A program made the position numbers and the translations under genes. Of a stretch of 60,000 nucleotides of DNA, positions 1 through 13,601 are shown in pieces (the first letter of the stretch is position 1; every line of letters starts with the position of its first letter). The stretch spans positions 49,230,001 to 49,290,000 of the forward strand of contig NC_058368.1 of assembly GCF_018350175.1 (NCBI RefSeq), given 5' to 3'. The stretch comes from Felis catus. Taxonomy: Eukaryota. The notes beneath the pieces were generated by a model that did not search any database, was not told the DNA's origin, and worked only from the letters and a program-made list of their open reading frames with translations.

Positions 1-55
1 GTCTCTCTCTGTCCCAAAAATAAATAAACGTTGAAAAAAAAAATTAAAAAAAAAT
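1..55 (+). mobile_element. 3' end of a young felid CanSINE (SINEC_Fc-type), cut by the window edge
   Basis: gtctctctctgtcccaaaaataaataaacgttgaaaaaaaaaattaaaaaaaaa is the characteristic CT-rich end plus tail of young cat SINEs. Confidence 0.9.
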
Positions 56-3000
56 GAATAAATGATAAAAAAATTTTAAAAATTAAAAAATAAAAAAACA
101 ATGATGCAAATAAATTAGACTGTGATTAATGCTGATTGAATGTAATCATAAGCAAATAAAATTTCTAGCTAAACTTGGCAGAAAAGGCTTTGGGCAGAGG
201 ACATCTAATATTATTGAAAGTGATGTGAGTTCTATGCTTATCTTGCTATACAACCTATAATCTCATACTGAAAAGCATTAACCTAGGTTTTTTTGTACCT
301 TTAACCTCCGAAGTAGACTATTGCTCATGCTCCACCTGTCAATTGCTAAATCACACTATCCCATGCCTTTGAGATTGGCCACTTTCAAACATCTATGGTA
401 CATTTATTTAGTTTGTTGTTGCCAGTATCAACCAATAAAAAATATACATATAAAAAAGGTCTAAAAGCTAATTTTCAAACATATTTTGTGCTGATAAGTT
501 TTGTAAAGATACTAATTGTGTAGTCAAGGATGACGAAAGTCAAGTACCTTTTACTATTTCACACTTCAAGAAAGCTAGTAATGTAGCAAATTGCTGTTGG
601 AGTCGGGATAAATATAACTTCCTTCTTTCCCCCACTCCTCCCCACCAACCCCATGCATTGGTCCCAATTTGGAAAGGGATTAGGTATCACCATGCCCTTG
701 GCAGATATTCAATAAATGTTGGACAATGATGAATTAAATATTAACAATTAATGTTATAAACATTACTCCACCCCCCAAGAAAACACCAAAGTTATTTTGC
801 TCTAATTTTATGAACCTATTTAGATAACCCTTCCATTTGTCTTTTTACTTTTCTCTCTCCTCCTTCTTACTCCCCCTCAGTCATTTAGGCTAGTCTGTAA
901 TGGTCTCAGGTGTTTGTGTCTGTTGAAACCCTCAGCCACCCCAAGCCTGCTGTAGTGTGAACTGCAAATAGAAGTTTTTGAGTACCACAGGTGACATGGC
1001 TCTCCTAGTAAAACAGTACAGCATCCTCCAAAGTTTCCACTGAGAAAGGGCCTCAGCACTGGGAGGAAGTGGTCCACAAACAAAGCTGAATCTTTTCCTG
1101 GAAAAATGGGTGTTAGTCACACATATTTATTTCCTAAAAAATAAAATGAGGGGGAAATGGATTGGTGGCCCATCCTTCTGCATGTATCTGTTAGTATAGA
1201 AACTGCCCCTGCACAAAGGCATTTTTTTAAAGGTAATGTGCCTCTGAAGGGCCAGTTCAAATTCTCTGGGCTGTGAAAGTAAGCAGATTGCCTCTGTCTC
1301 TTGCTTCTCTCCAAAGGCCTAAAGCCATATGGTCTGATAAAAGTTAAAATGCTCTTAAGCAGAGATAGGTTAAAGAAGCCAGAGGAAATCAATATAATGA
1401 ATTACAATGCTACTATAAAATTCATGAGGTAAAAGAATATGCATTGGCATGGCAAACAGTTAAGGATACAAAAAATGTTGATTCGGTATTTTCATAAAAA
1501 CTCTAACAGACACACAGAGCTCATATTTCCTCTTATCTAAGGTTTGTGATCAACTTATTCTATATACTGATTATGAGTCATTCTAATTTCAGAAAATATT
1601 AAATTGAGGTTAAATATAACACCTTAGAATCAAGGTAATATACCTGGTATACAGTGCATGTCATATGGTCTATTGTTGGATGCTACATATTACATTGTAA
1701 TATATATAGTGTGGCAAATTGTCACTTTTACATATTAAATAATATGTATTATAATTGTGTCATGTATTTTGTTATATGTTATATAAATATATCTTACATT
1801 TTACATAAAGACTGGCATGAAATCATATTTGAGGGTTTCTTTATCGTTTTCAGTGTTTTTATGATTTTTCTGCCATCAGCAGGTATTACTCTTACAATTA
1901 GTAAGAAAAGTTTCAAGTTAAAAAAAAATGAATTCTTAGGCCATTAAATCAAACAGTTAACATGCTTGCCTTTTTCCTTCTTCTCCTTATTTTCTATTCT
2001 CCTAATGATAAAAACGAGACAGAAGGACTGTGGGAGTACAGTCTAGACCTCTACCTTGGAAAACCTACCCTCTGGGGATCTGCCGAGTCTGGCGTGCTGT
2101 CTACACAGAGCTTTTGCAGGGAATGGGGAGGGGGGTGATAAATCAGGAGGCAAATGTGAAACAGGCACAGTGGCCAAAATCAGGCTGTTTCCCCATAAAT
2201 GGAGCTTGGAAACCTGCCATGGTTGGGATCTGGTCCATGCCAGCCACCATTTCTGTGGGCCGACAGTGCCCACAGGGCCTCCAGGAGCGAGCAGTTTCAC
2301 AGGCTGGCTGTCCCTTTGTCAGTGGCAATAATGGTGGCAGCTGCACCCTGGCCTTGGCAGCTGGCACCAGACGGCTGACTGCAATGGTCTGGGGAGCTTC
2401 TGGAGCACAGTCAGTCACATCCCCTTCTCTTCTCAGAACACAACTGCAAGGTCCAAGTGGGAGAAGCCAACAAGGAACCTGACCATCCCCTCCCATCTTT
2501 TTAGAATGAGGACAAGCCAGTACATCCTCTTCAGACAGACTGTTGGAGGCCCACTGGCTGTCCCTCATCTGCCTTCTCTCCATATCCTTATTTGCTTTTC
2601 CTTTAAGCCTCTGGTAAACCCCCATCTTCTTCCAAATTGTACCCTCCTTACCTGACCCTGGAGTTTACTTAGGTTATACTACCACTTGTAATGAATCAGG
2701 GTAAGTTACAGAAAAAGCAAAGTGTAAAGGTGGGTTTTGAAGAAAGAGAATTTAAGACATGCTATTGAGTAGATACATAGTATCAGAATTAGGACTGTTG
2801 AACAAAAAGTCTGGGTTAGCCTCCATTGCACTTGGCTTGTTGAAGGTATTGCCAAAAAAGGTCCAAGGAAAGCTTTACTTGGCGGGAGTAAGATCACAAC
2901 CATAAACCTGACAGCCTGTGTTGCATGGCTGAGATAGACCTGGCCAGGCAAGGCCAGGAAGGGGCCCAGAGCAGACAATAGCCCAGGTTCTACACAAGTG

Positions 3001-3984
3001 GTTGAAGAAGGCAACTGTTCAAGTCCAGAGAAAGCAGAAGACAGTCCTTGGCAGATCTCTGAAAGTCTGATACATACACAGGGTTTCTGTCTTCATTCAG
3101 CATCAGAGATGTAGGAGCCAAAAGGCTGACTCCACATACACGAAGCAGATTTGTGACAAAAGAGAGGTGGGGAGAGCTGATCCAGGACTGACCAGGAGGA
3201 GAAGACCCAATGTAATGGGCAGAGGTCCCAGCCATCAGAGGAAAGTCAAAGACAGAGAAGGTGGGCAAAAAAACTTGTAGGGAGAGCAAAGAGGAACAAA
3301 GTGGCTATTAGCTCAACAGAGTCAAAATAATATTAAAGACAGCAAGAAAACTGTATGTACTCTTCGTTCTCCATTATAGGCATCTGGAGTATGAAGGGAA
3401 AGTTGTAAAAGAAACCAAAGAGCAAGTAGAAATGTATCAGAGACATGAGAATCTCTCCATCCCTGAAGATGTCTGGCGACAGGCCCAGAGCTTGAGCTCT
3501 GGGGAAGATAACTCCATTCTCCCTACCTGCTTATCTCTCAGCCACCTGGGTTGAGTGAAGAATTTGTGTAGATTGAAATTGGAGCGGCACAGTGGATTTT
3601 GGCATCCACACGAAATTACCAAGGATATTTACTGTTTTATCTTTGACTCCAAATTTTTGTTCAGAAAATTCTGTTAAAATTCCTGTTGTATGGTTCAGAT
3701 ATTCCAGTAATGCTGAGCAGTGGGGTGGCAGCGGGGGGCGGGTAGGACAACAATTTCTTCAGTGCCTTTAATTTATGCAACTTCTTTTCTGGTGGGAAAA
3801 TTTAAACTGGTGACTCACAGACAAAAGTTTTATGTAAGAATTTCTTCATAGGAATAAAAAGAAAGGAGTGAGTTGGCTCTAATTATGCCAGAAGTGTCAA
3901 AGGGCATTTAAGAATCATCAAGGAGCAATAGGATATGAACATTTGGAAGAGTAAGAATTAAATGTTCAAGTTATAACAACTGCA

Positions 3985-4260
3985 CACAATTATTTATTGA
4001 ACACCTGATATATTCTAGAACTATATTATGTGCCAGTCATACAACACTGAATAGAATGTGTCCTTACATTGATGGCATTCAGGGTTAGTGGAAAAGACAA
4101 GCTTGTAAAAGCAAAGAATTAAATGCCATATATTGTGACAGGTTCTCTTTAAAGTTAAGAGTAGAAGGTAGCACAAAGAAAGGGATTCTATACCTGCTTA
4201 CTCTTTCACAGTGATAAAAAATTGAGTAGAATTTCAGGGAGGAAAATACATTGAATAGCT
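3985..4260 (-). mobile_element. L2 LINE 3' fragment, highly diverged
   Basis: tatttattgaacacctga...gtgccag...gtccttacattgatggcattcagggttagtggaaaagaca resembles the reverse-strand L2 3' end. Confidence 0.6.
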
Positions 4261-4380
4261 TTGATCATGTTAACATTGAGATGCTTCTGACTTTTTACAT
4301 CAGTCTAATGAATAAATTCGACTGTACATAACCTATTCAATTTATTTGTGATTCCTGTGGCAGAAAGTAAACTCACATAT

Positions 4381-4595
4381 TTTTTTTTCAACGTTTTATT
4401 TTTTATTTTTGAGACAGAGAGAGACAGAGCATGAACAGGGGAGGGGCAGAGAGAGAGGGAGACACAGAATCGGAAACAGGCTCCAGGCTCTGAGCCATCA
4501 GCCCAGAGCCCCACGCGGGGCTCGAACTCCCGGACCGTGAGATCGTGACCTGGCTGAAGTCGGACGCTTAACCGACTGCGCCACCCAGGCGCCCC
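4381..4595 (-). mobile_element. Full-length young CanSINE (SINEC_Fc-type)
   Basis: Reverse complement starts ggggcgcctgggtggcgcagtcggttaagcgtccgac; A box and B box (gttcgagcc) intact; CT tract and A tail; perfect 15-bp TSD tcacatatttttttt at 4373-4387 and 4596-4610. Confidence 0.97.
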
Positions 4596-6094
4596 TCACA
4601 TATTTTTTTTATTTGTAGTCATAGAAATGTTTATCATTTTGTAAATGATATAATGGTTTTCTATGTTTTAAAAAGATGTCTTAGAACTTATTCTTCAACC
4701 TATCATTTCCCCCACTTATACCCTCACCTCCAGGAACCTGAAAAAAGATACTTCTTGAAATGTTTTAGCTTATATCCATTTAAAACACTATCATTGTTTA
4801 TTCATGATGGTTTGTCCCTTGTGCAGCTGAGTTGCTGGAAGCAAGAGGAGGATAAATGTTCTAACCCATGTTTCAGGTTGAGTTTGAACTTCAGTGTATA
4901 CCCAATGCTCTGTGTTTAACAGAATGTCTTCTCAGTAATCATCACCTCTTGCCAGAGTTTTTAAATAAATGAGTGACTTATTTTCTTGTAATTAAGTCCC
5001 TTTGGCTGCTTTGAGTAATTCTCTAAAGTTTATTCTGCCTTTTCTTTCATAAACATTTTCAAAGAAAATGCCATGGAAACACATGACTTTCATCATAAAC
5101 AATACTTATTAAAAACTTTACAAAAATGCTTATTTCTCTGTAAATCCACCATGATTTATAAATTCTCACAATAACTCACTCTGTTTAAAAAAACTCATAA
5201 GTCTAATTAGCCTTTTAGTTTAAGAATTGTAAGAATATTTTAAACTGCTATTATTTATCTTATAATGTTAATGGAAATCTATGTATTTTATCAACCTACC
5301 CATAATTATAGTAAAGTAATATGAAAACTTACGTAGAGTATAAAACACAGATTCAGGTCTATCAAAAAGTAACACTGGTTACTAAGGGATTACAAAGTGC
5401 CAAGGTAGAAAGATACCAGTCAGGGTTCACATATCCTACACGTAGAACCTGAGCTGTTAAGATCTGACAGAGATGACATAGATGACCACTGAAATGAAAA
5501 TCCTTTAAGGGAACCTGCAAATATTAGATGCACAGAATATCACAACAGCAAAATGGTCCATGTAATGATTGGATCTTCTTCTACAACCCACAATTTTCTT
5601 GTGGGCTGAACCCAAGAATGTTTGCACTCACACATCAAGAAATTGAGACAGGTAACAAAGGTGAACAAATTCAAAAGGAAAGGAGTTTTTCAGAAGAAAG
5701 TGAGGAAATAAAACTTTTTAATTAAGCAATTTCCAAGGCATTACAGCAGGCTATAGTTATCATGGCTGGTATAATAGATTATCATAATTTAAAATATTAG
5801 GCATATCCCTGGTGCTATGCCAAATGCTGGGTAAATCTTTTCTTTAAAAAAAAAGCACTGGCCACATAAGTTTTACGACTTGCTAGAAGTGTCTGGTTAT
5901 AATTTATTACAAAGTTTTTAAAATTTAATTTGTACAATAGCTAGTTTACTATATATAGTATGAATCTCAGTCCATAAACTCAGGTGTATAGGAAATGTGG
6001 TATCACGATTTTATGATAATTACTACCACTTCCCTGGATGGTAGAAAATTAATCAATTTCTTAATAGCACTGAGGCATCAGGATAGGTGTGCAA

Positions 6095-6323
6095 CCAGTG
6101 TATGCTGGTAAACCAGCCAACCAACCAATTAACCAACTCATCAACCAACCAACAAGTGGGAAAAAACAAGCGCCATGTTTAGCAGCGGCTGCTAATTTCT
6201 ACAGTGTAAATACTCACACAAAGACAAATTTCATGTACCTTTCCCATCACTGAAGGCACACTGGGAAGAAATGCACATAGTTGGCTCCTGTGTGTCAGTG
6301 TAACCCAGTTACCAACACCATTG
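6095..6323 (-). mobile_element. MER63A-like hAT-Blackjack MITE
   Basis: Ends ccagtgtatgctggtaaacc ... ccaacaccattg; internal gtgtaaatactc and ctgggaagaaatgcacatagttggctc match recalled MER63A consensus. Confidence 0.75.
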
Positions 6324-7238
6324 CCATATATCTGGTCCTAAGTGTAACTGATTATCCTCTTTTCAGCTTGGTCTCCATCCCTAGGTCGCTCCCACCTGAG
6401 GGCCCTCCTGGTCTTCCATCTTTCTGTGTTAGGTCCACAACACCCTCAGTTATGCAAGAAACATTCCACTAGGTACTGGGAAATGTTACAAAGCTGACAC
6501 AGGCCTAGGCACATGAAACACATTTTCTCTTCTCCAGCACTAGGATGGGAACTGAGGAATTTGTGGTTCCATGGTTATAGCTCTGTGCTTTCAGATCCTC
6601 AAACGCATCTAGCGTTCCCTTGTCTTCTAAAGGCAGTGTTGGGAGAGGGATGCCTGCCAATTCCTCAACTCTCTTTGATTTTCAGGTGACTCCCCCCACC
6701 TTTTCCCTCAGCCCAAACCCCTTTCACCCAGTTTCAGCAGAAGTTAAAAGACATACTGCTTCATCACGTATTGTCCCAAATGTTTCGTTTGCCCTGAATC
6801 CTAGGTTTTGGATATGCTTAAACCAGGAATTTTATTCCTTTGTCATCTGCATCCTTCTGTGACATGGTGTGCTGTAGATGCCAGAGTTGGGGAAGGTCCA
6901 CAGGATATGGGAATGTATGGAAATAGATAGAGAAAATTATTTGTTAATAATTTAAAATATTCCCTTTATGTATTTCCTCTTCTCTTAAGCTTGGCTCTGG
7001 GCACTGTAAGTAAATGAACTTCATACATACATATATACACACACACACAGAAAATGCATATATAGCATATATATACATGTGTGTATATGCTAAGTTAATT
7101 TTTCCATAACTTTCGTAATATAGTCATTTATCCTTAGAGGTCATGCATTGCAATTCCTTTCTGATATAGGAGTCTCTCTTCCCATGAATATTATAGATTG
7201 TTAGTCCTCTTGAATTTAAATTTAAAAATCTTGTTATA

Positions 7239-7449
7239 GGGCTCATAACCTGGGTGGCTCAGTCAGTTGAGCATCTGACTCTTGGTTTCAGCTCGGGTCA
7301 TGATCCCAGGGTTGCGGGATCAAGCCCTGCATTGGGTTCCGTGTTGGGTGTGGAGCCCGTTTAAGATTCATTCATTCATTCATTCATTCTCTCTCTCCCC
7401 CCCTTTCCCTTCCCCCATTCTCTCTCAAAAAAAAAATAATAATTAAAAA
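7239..7449 (+). mobile_element. Older CanSINE with internal (ATTC)n
   Basis: cctgggtggctcagtcagttgagcatctgactcttggtttcagctcgggtcatgatccc..., CT tract, A tail, degenerate TSD aaaaatcttgttata / aaaaactatgttaga. Confidence 0.92.
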
Positions 7450-7914
7450 CTATGTTAGATGATTTAGTTAGGAAAAAAATCTAAGTATCATAGAGAAAAG
7501 AGGTCTATATTCTGAGCTTGTCTATAATTCTTTAGCCCCAATCCTAGTTTTTGTTTCCATATGGTGAACACAACTCTCTTGTGTCCTCTTATTGTAATCC
7601 TTCATGGAATAAACATTTCCCAACTTCTAACTGTTCCTTGCATATTATCATTTTCACACTTGTCCCTTTCCTGATCCCTCTTTCAGACACATTTTATTTA
7701 GCAAGTGGTATTAGAAGGCAGTATGGGTACAGTGCTCAAACTGTGACCCAACCAGCACCAAAGAGCTTAAAAGTAAAATGGGACTCTTTCCTCCTTTGAT
7801 GTGGATTTCACATTGCTTTTAATATGCCTAAATTAATTGATATCATTAATTCCTACTCTTAAGCTTCAGTCTACTATATTCTAAGATCTTTTCTAAATAA
7901 GCTACCATGTGGAC

Positions 7915-8085
7915 AGCCTAGGATAGTGAAAGAACATGGGTTCGGAGGGCAGACTGACCCAGGCTCAGATCCCAGTCATATTACTTCCAGTTCACTGAGT
8001 TATCACTTACTTAGCCTGTCCTAGCATCTCTGAGGCAATTCTGGTGAAAATACTTGGCACAATGTGTACAGTCAGTAAATGCTTT
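7915..8085 (+). mobile_element. MIR SINE fragment
   Basis: atagtgaaagaacatgggttcggagggcagactgacccaggctcagatcccag resembles MIR 5' end; cttggcacaatg...cagtaaatg 3' end. Confidence 0.6.
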
Positions 8086-8924
8086 CCCCTTCCCTCCTTC
8101 TCTTTCTCCCAGATTTTACATTTATCTCCATCATAATTACTGAATTTTACCTTGGGCTTTGCTCAGATGTGCACATACTGGAAATAGTTTAGAATCTCCA
8201 TCTTTGTTCACAAGTTACTCAGGTTAAGTCAACAGTATTTGTTTTACACTTACTGCTTGCAAAGCAATGAACTAGCTACTAAAGCTAATGGAAGGGGTGA
8301 GAGGTAGTTTGTAGATATAAAAAATACAACATTGTCCCTATCATTACACAATGTAGAAGCCACTGGAGGATAGCTCCATGAAAAGAACACACATGGTGTG
8401 AATTGAACAGAGTTACATGCATGGTTGTACAGAAACATGCAGGAGGAAGTCATTACATACATTTGAATAGAGAGGATAGAGTGGAGGAGGTTTTTTGCAA
8501 GCTGATCCGTGAGTGGTGAATGAGAAGAAGGGAGAAGTTTCCATATTGAAAAAAGCAGGAACACACAGAGGTTAAAACAGAGGTTAAAAAATTAAAGTCT
8601 TACATGACAGAAAACAGTGATACACACGATGTTATTGCATCATAGGCTGACTGAAGGGAGGGGTGTGGTGCCACCTTTAATTTGATGACCAGGCCTTACT
8701 ACTTAGCCTAGGTTACAGTGTTTCAAGAGATGAACTGAGGTCATTTGTCTCCAGGGTTAGGGAGTCATTTTCCTGTGATATTTAAAATAAACTTTTGGTT
8801 TCTAAAAAATGACCCATTTTATATAGTGCAAATGATTCCTAGCTGCTCCGTGCAAACTTTGTTTTTTTACTTTCTGGTTTTTTCATTCTCATAAATCTCT
8901 CAATAAGTTAGTTTAATTTAAAAT

Positions 8925-9290
8925 TTATTTAAAAATTATCCTTTAATTGGCTACTGGGAGCCCTTTTAAGCTGGCTCCCGAATTCCTTTGAAACAGCTGC
9001 ATCATTTTTTATGGAATTCCTTACTTTCGAGCACAAGATTTTCTAAGCTCTTGTTTTCCCTTCCCTGTTCTAGTACTAAAATAAGCTGTAGCTAGTGGGA
9101 ACTGGTATTCAAAATCTAGACACTAGGGATATTCACTTTTACTGGAGTATGCTTGCTTTTTTAGGCCTTTTCAACACACGTAGTGATGTAAACAAATATA
9201 ATAAATATAATGATATAATTTTAATCTAACATCATAGGGTTCTTTCCATGTATCTTTCTCCTCCCATAGTGAGAACTCCAGCTCCCCTCA
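8925..9290 (-). mobile_element. Old L1 (L1MC4/5-like) 3' region fragment
   Basis: ttggctactgggagcccttttaagctggctcc...tagtgggaactggtattc...taggccttttca matches recalled antisense L1MC4/5 sequence. Confidence 0.7.
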
Positions 9291-9717
9291 AAATAAGAAA
9301 AGTACAGACCAATATTCCTAATATATATAAATGCAAAAATTCTCAAAACATTAGCAAACTGAATTCAATAGCACACTGGAAGGATCATACACCAAAATCA
9401 AGTAGGATATAATTCAGAGATGCAAGGATGGCTCAATAAAAGTGAAAGACCACATTAATAGAAGTAAAGACAAAAACCATTAAGATCATCTCAATCAATG
9501 TAGAAAAGGTATTTGACAAAATATAACATCTTTCACGAGGAAAATGCTCAACAAATTGTATCTTGAAAGAATATGCCTCAACAGAATAAAGGCCATATAT
9601 GACCAACTCACAGCTAACATCATACTCAATGGTGAAAAGTTAAAACCTTTTCTTCTAAGGTCAAGAACAAGACAAGGATGCCCACTCTTTTTTTTTTTAT
9701 GTTTATTTATTTATTTA

Positions 9718-9771
<54 letters not shown>

Positions 9772-10190
9772 TGTGTGTGTGAATAGGCACATGAACAAGC
9801 AGTGGAGGGGCAGAGAGAGAGACACACACACACACACAGAATCCGAAGCAGGCTCCAGGCAGTGAGCTGTCAGCACAGAGCCCAACATGGGGCTTGAACT
9901 CATGAACCTTGAGCTCATGACCTGAGTCTAAGTCAGACGCTTAACAGACTGAGCCACCCAGTACCCCAAGAATGTCCACTCTTAACCACTCTTATTCAAC
10001 ATAGTAGAAGTCCTAGGTAGAGCAATCAGGCAAGAATAAAAAAATCGTCCAAATTGGAAAGAAAGTAAAACTGTCTTTGTAAATATGATCTTACGTACAG
10101 ATAATTTCTAAAGACTATCACAAACCAAAATAATAACAACAAAACAAAAAACACTATTAGACTAACCAATAAATTCAGTAAAATTATAGG
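9291..10190 (+). mobile_element. L1 ORF2 reverse-transcriptase region fossil (frameshifted), interrupted by a SINE
   Basis: Translates in pieces to L1 ORF2 motifs: YRPI, MQGW, IISINVEKVFDKI, IKAIYDQLTANIILNGEKLKPFLLRSRTRQGCPL, PLLFNIV, RAIRQE, QIGK..VKLSL. Confidence 0.95.
9688..9967 (-). mobile_element. CanSINE with expanded (GA)n/(GT)n, inserted in the L1 RT fragment
   Basis: SINE body, T tail, TSD aaggatgcccactctt (9674-9689) / aagaatgtccactctt (9968-9983) at the L1 QGCPL motif. Confidence 0.95.
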
Positions 10191-10192
10191 GG

Positions 10193-10265
10193 GAACTCAC
10201 AAACTGTAAGATCATGACCTGAGCCCAAGTTGGATGCTTAACTGACTGAGCAACCCAGAGGCCCC
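10193..10265 (-). mobile_element. CanSINE 5' fragment lacking 3' half
   Basis: gaactcacaaactgtaagatcatgacctgagcccaagttggatgcttaactgactgagcaacccagaggcccc; no CT tract or tail. Confidence 0.9.
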
Positions 10266-11689
10266 AAGATTAGTTAGGATAATAGGAGATGAACCAGAAG
10301 TGTGACACACAAAATCAACCAGAGAGAGAAGAAGGGGAATGTGGGTAAAAATGGGCCTGGAATGGGAAAAAGAAGAGCAGTGACCTGTCTTCCCCTCATA
10401 TGTCCACACCTTTTTTTATCAGGCTTCAAACCAGGCCTATGCACAGCCAGCCATATATCTGATGAAACCCTACTGTGTATGCTGAGTTTCCGTTTCTCTA
10501 CCTCTGAATAGAAAATAAACATGATGAAAATAAACCACTGAAAACTCTAAAATTCTTCCTGGGAAAAACAATGACCATGACAAAAAGTTTTCCCCAAGAA
10601 AGAAATCCCCATACTTAACCAGAACTAAATCATTATTCACTCAGCTACTGGACACTTTAACCTCTTGGAAAAGCTTAACTGCAAAATAAGTAATTTTTTT
10701 CTTGTGAAAATGAGCCAAATGGACTGTACCAGATTAAACTTCTCACGCCATCTCTCTAACTGATAAATTTGCTTCCCAATGACGATATCTACTCAGTCTC
10801 TATTTGGGTGACAATGTTAAACATTAAGGTGAAATTCGTTTCTTTTATGATTTCACAATTAGGAAGTCTGAAGTGGTCATATTCTGCCTTGATCTTTTCT
10901 TTCCCGTGGACAACCCCTAAGATAGCACACACTCATGGAATAATAAATAAGTAGAAATTACGGTTCCACTTAATATTATCTAAATCAGCACCCAATGTGT
11001 CAATGTAAGGCTTCTTTGGTAAAGCATCCTGGAACACATAATTCTAACTGAATCTAAGTGGGGAGCTGTCAGTTTCACCATTTTATGTAAATGTCAGGGC
11101 CAGCAATCTCAGGTGTGCCTGGAGTCACAGAGAGGGAAAGATGGCTCTCCTGACCCCTTTGGAAGGTAAAATATTGAAGGTTGAAGGTGGGAATTGGAGA
11201 AGAAAAAGTAACAGAACACCAGCTAGAGTTGCTTTGAGGAGGCAGATCTAACTAGGTCTGCTCCCACATGAAAACAGGTAATGCTAGGGAGCAGGGTGGG
11301 GTCTGAGTTTCTGTCTTTTAGGTAGAATAGTCCACCCTAGGAGCCCAACCCAGCCTCGTGAATATCATGGACTCAGGAGAGGTAGGAGAAGATGAGCAGT
11401 TCATCTGCGCATAGAAGAAAGCCAAAAAAGGACTTGGGTAAAGCTGGCTTGCCATGCAATAAGGACCAGTAACATTAACCATCCCCTACTGAAGCTAGGT
11501 ACTTTTCCTATCAAGAAGTCTTTTTGCCATTTAGGAAAAAAAAAAACCTGCTCTTATGATAGGTTGGAGACATTGATGGGAAATTACAGGCATTATGTTC
11601 CCAACTACAGAGAATTTGATTTAGTCTCACAGGACATGGGTGTCTATATTAAATACAGATGCCATCACTCGTCAGATACATAACTGATT

Positions 11690-12410
11690 TTTAGGATCCT
11701 ACCCTATGAAATGTCTATGAGTAAATTAATGTCAAATTGGAAAGCTATCAAGAAAATGATAATATACTGAGCTAAATGCTCTTCCAAGGTTCAAGCTGGA
11801 GTGGTCTGAATGAACACTTACAGGTGAGTTACTTTGCAAAGAATGCTGGCCTTAAGGAGCATGCTTAGCATTTCAGAAAGTAAATGTGGAACTAATGTAA
11901 ACTGAAGAACAGAAGCTCATGTGGGGAACTGCTACATAATACACCCAAGAAAAGAGACTTAGTGCAAGTTCAATAGGCAAAGATTCCACAAAGTATGAGT
12001 TAAGGAAAAGTAGGACACGGTGGGTGACAAGCTTGTTTAGAGTCTGCAATGAAGCCCAGTCTACAGTGTAAAAAACAAGAATGAGACTGCATGTATCAAA
12101 ACAATTTCATAAGGTAGTCCAGCCATTGTCTCTGGGAAAAATCAGTAAGAACATTATTGGCAGATGTTTCAGAAACCAGTAAGGGTTTTAGAGGATACAG
12201 AAAAGAGCTGCCAAGATTCTTTAATTGAATATCATCCCTGAAAGAAATATTGAAAGAACAAGGTTTATTCTGCTTGCAAAAAATAAAACTGGGGAGAAAT
12301 AGTCACCTAATAGAAAAGGGGCTGTCAGACAATGGCAATAAGCAGTACTCTTGCCCCGTTGAAAAAAATCAAAGAAAATTGACTTAAACTACAGCAGCCT
12401 GAGATTTATA
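11690..12410 (+). mobile_element. CR1/L3 LINE fossil
   Basis: atattgaaagaacaaggtttattctgcttgcaaaaaataaaactgggg and gaaaattgacttaaactacagcagcctgagattta resemble the CR1/L3 ORF2 3' region. Confidence 0.55.
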
Positions 12411-13490
12411 ATCACCTCCCTACTCAGCCAAACTAAAAAAAAATTCTTTCTATTCATAAAGTGCAATTAATTCTTTGATTAATATATGTGCGTACATATA
12501 TGTATGTGTATGTATTACATATGTGTTGTTATATGTATACATGTGTGTATACAACACGTGTCATGTGTGCTAAATACATGCCATGGTCATATTCACATTT
12601 GTTTGGTTTTTAGTCAAATTTCTGTCATAAAGTATTTAACATAAACTACTTGGAATTAAGCCCTTAATATGGTTTTTGGCTGTTGTAATAAACAATAAAG
12701 ATTTTCCTGTCTTGTACTTGATGAACACTGGTGAGGTGTGGACTCTCATTCCCCAAAGCAATTCATTATGTTTTTAGCTTAAGAAACTTTAGGCTTCCTT
12801 GGATATTGATTTACAGAAAGAAGCCAAATAGAAAATTAGCTCCCATGTGAATGTGTCTGCTTTTATGATAAAGTACTTTGGGCTAGGTATTATTGTCATT
12901 TTTAAAAGTGGTCATAGTCTATTATGCAAATTAATCTTTCAGGATCTAAATTACACCAAGGTATAACAGTATAACATCCCTGTGTGCCATAGACATTAAT
13001 TTTTATTTACAATGTATGTATTACAACCTTAATGTAACTAATTTGCAAAGTTATATATTTTGCCAATTTAAATGCTTTTTAAAGATGTGTTTGTGTAAAA
13101 ATCCGTAAACAATGCATGAGCTATTTCAGGGTGGTCTTCTGGGTGATCTTGAAGAATGGACTGGATTCTCATGTCAATAGAGCCTTAGAAAAGGTAACAC
13201 TTTTGTGGGGAAAAGGACTGTGGAAAGTTCTTTTTAGTTCTGTGCTTGTTGTTATTGTTATTATAAATACATTAGGTGAAAGTGGTTACACAATATACAG
13301 TATACTGTATATACAATATACAGATCATGGATACATAATAAATCAAGAAACATTTTAGACATCTTCCTTTTCAATCCCTTATTTCACTGGCAAGTAACAA
13401 ACAGAACCAGAGGGTTCATGCTTAACTCAGGCTAAACTTCAAAATTTCTTACTCATATTTGTAATGCATGGTGTTGTAAAAGATACTGCA

Positions 13491-13601
13491 CGCTCCAGGC
13501 TGTTAGCACAGAGCCTGACATGGGGCTCGAATTCACAAAACTTGAGATCATGACCTGAACCAAAGTCAGATGCTTAGCCCACTGAGCCACCCAGATGCCC
13601 C
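13491..13601 (-). mobile_element. CanSINE 5' portion without CT tract or tail
   Basis: gctccaggctgttagcacagagcctgacatggggctcgaattc...ctgagccacccagatgcccc. Confidence 0.92.

Noticed and set aside
2030..2625. Overlapping 150-aa and 160-aa ORFs
   Set aside because: No recognisable domain or exon structure; ORFs on both strands are explained by locally high GC
4381..4595. tRNA gene
   Set aside because: A/B boxes belong to the tRNA-derived head of a CanSINE
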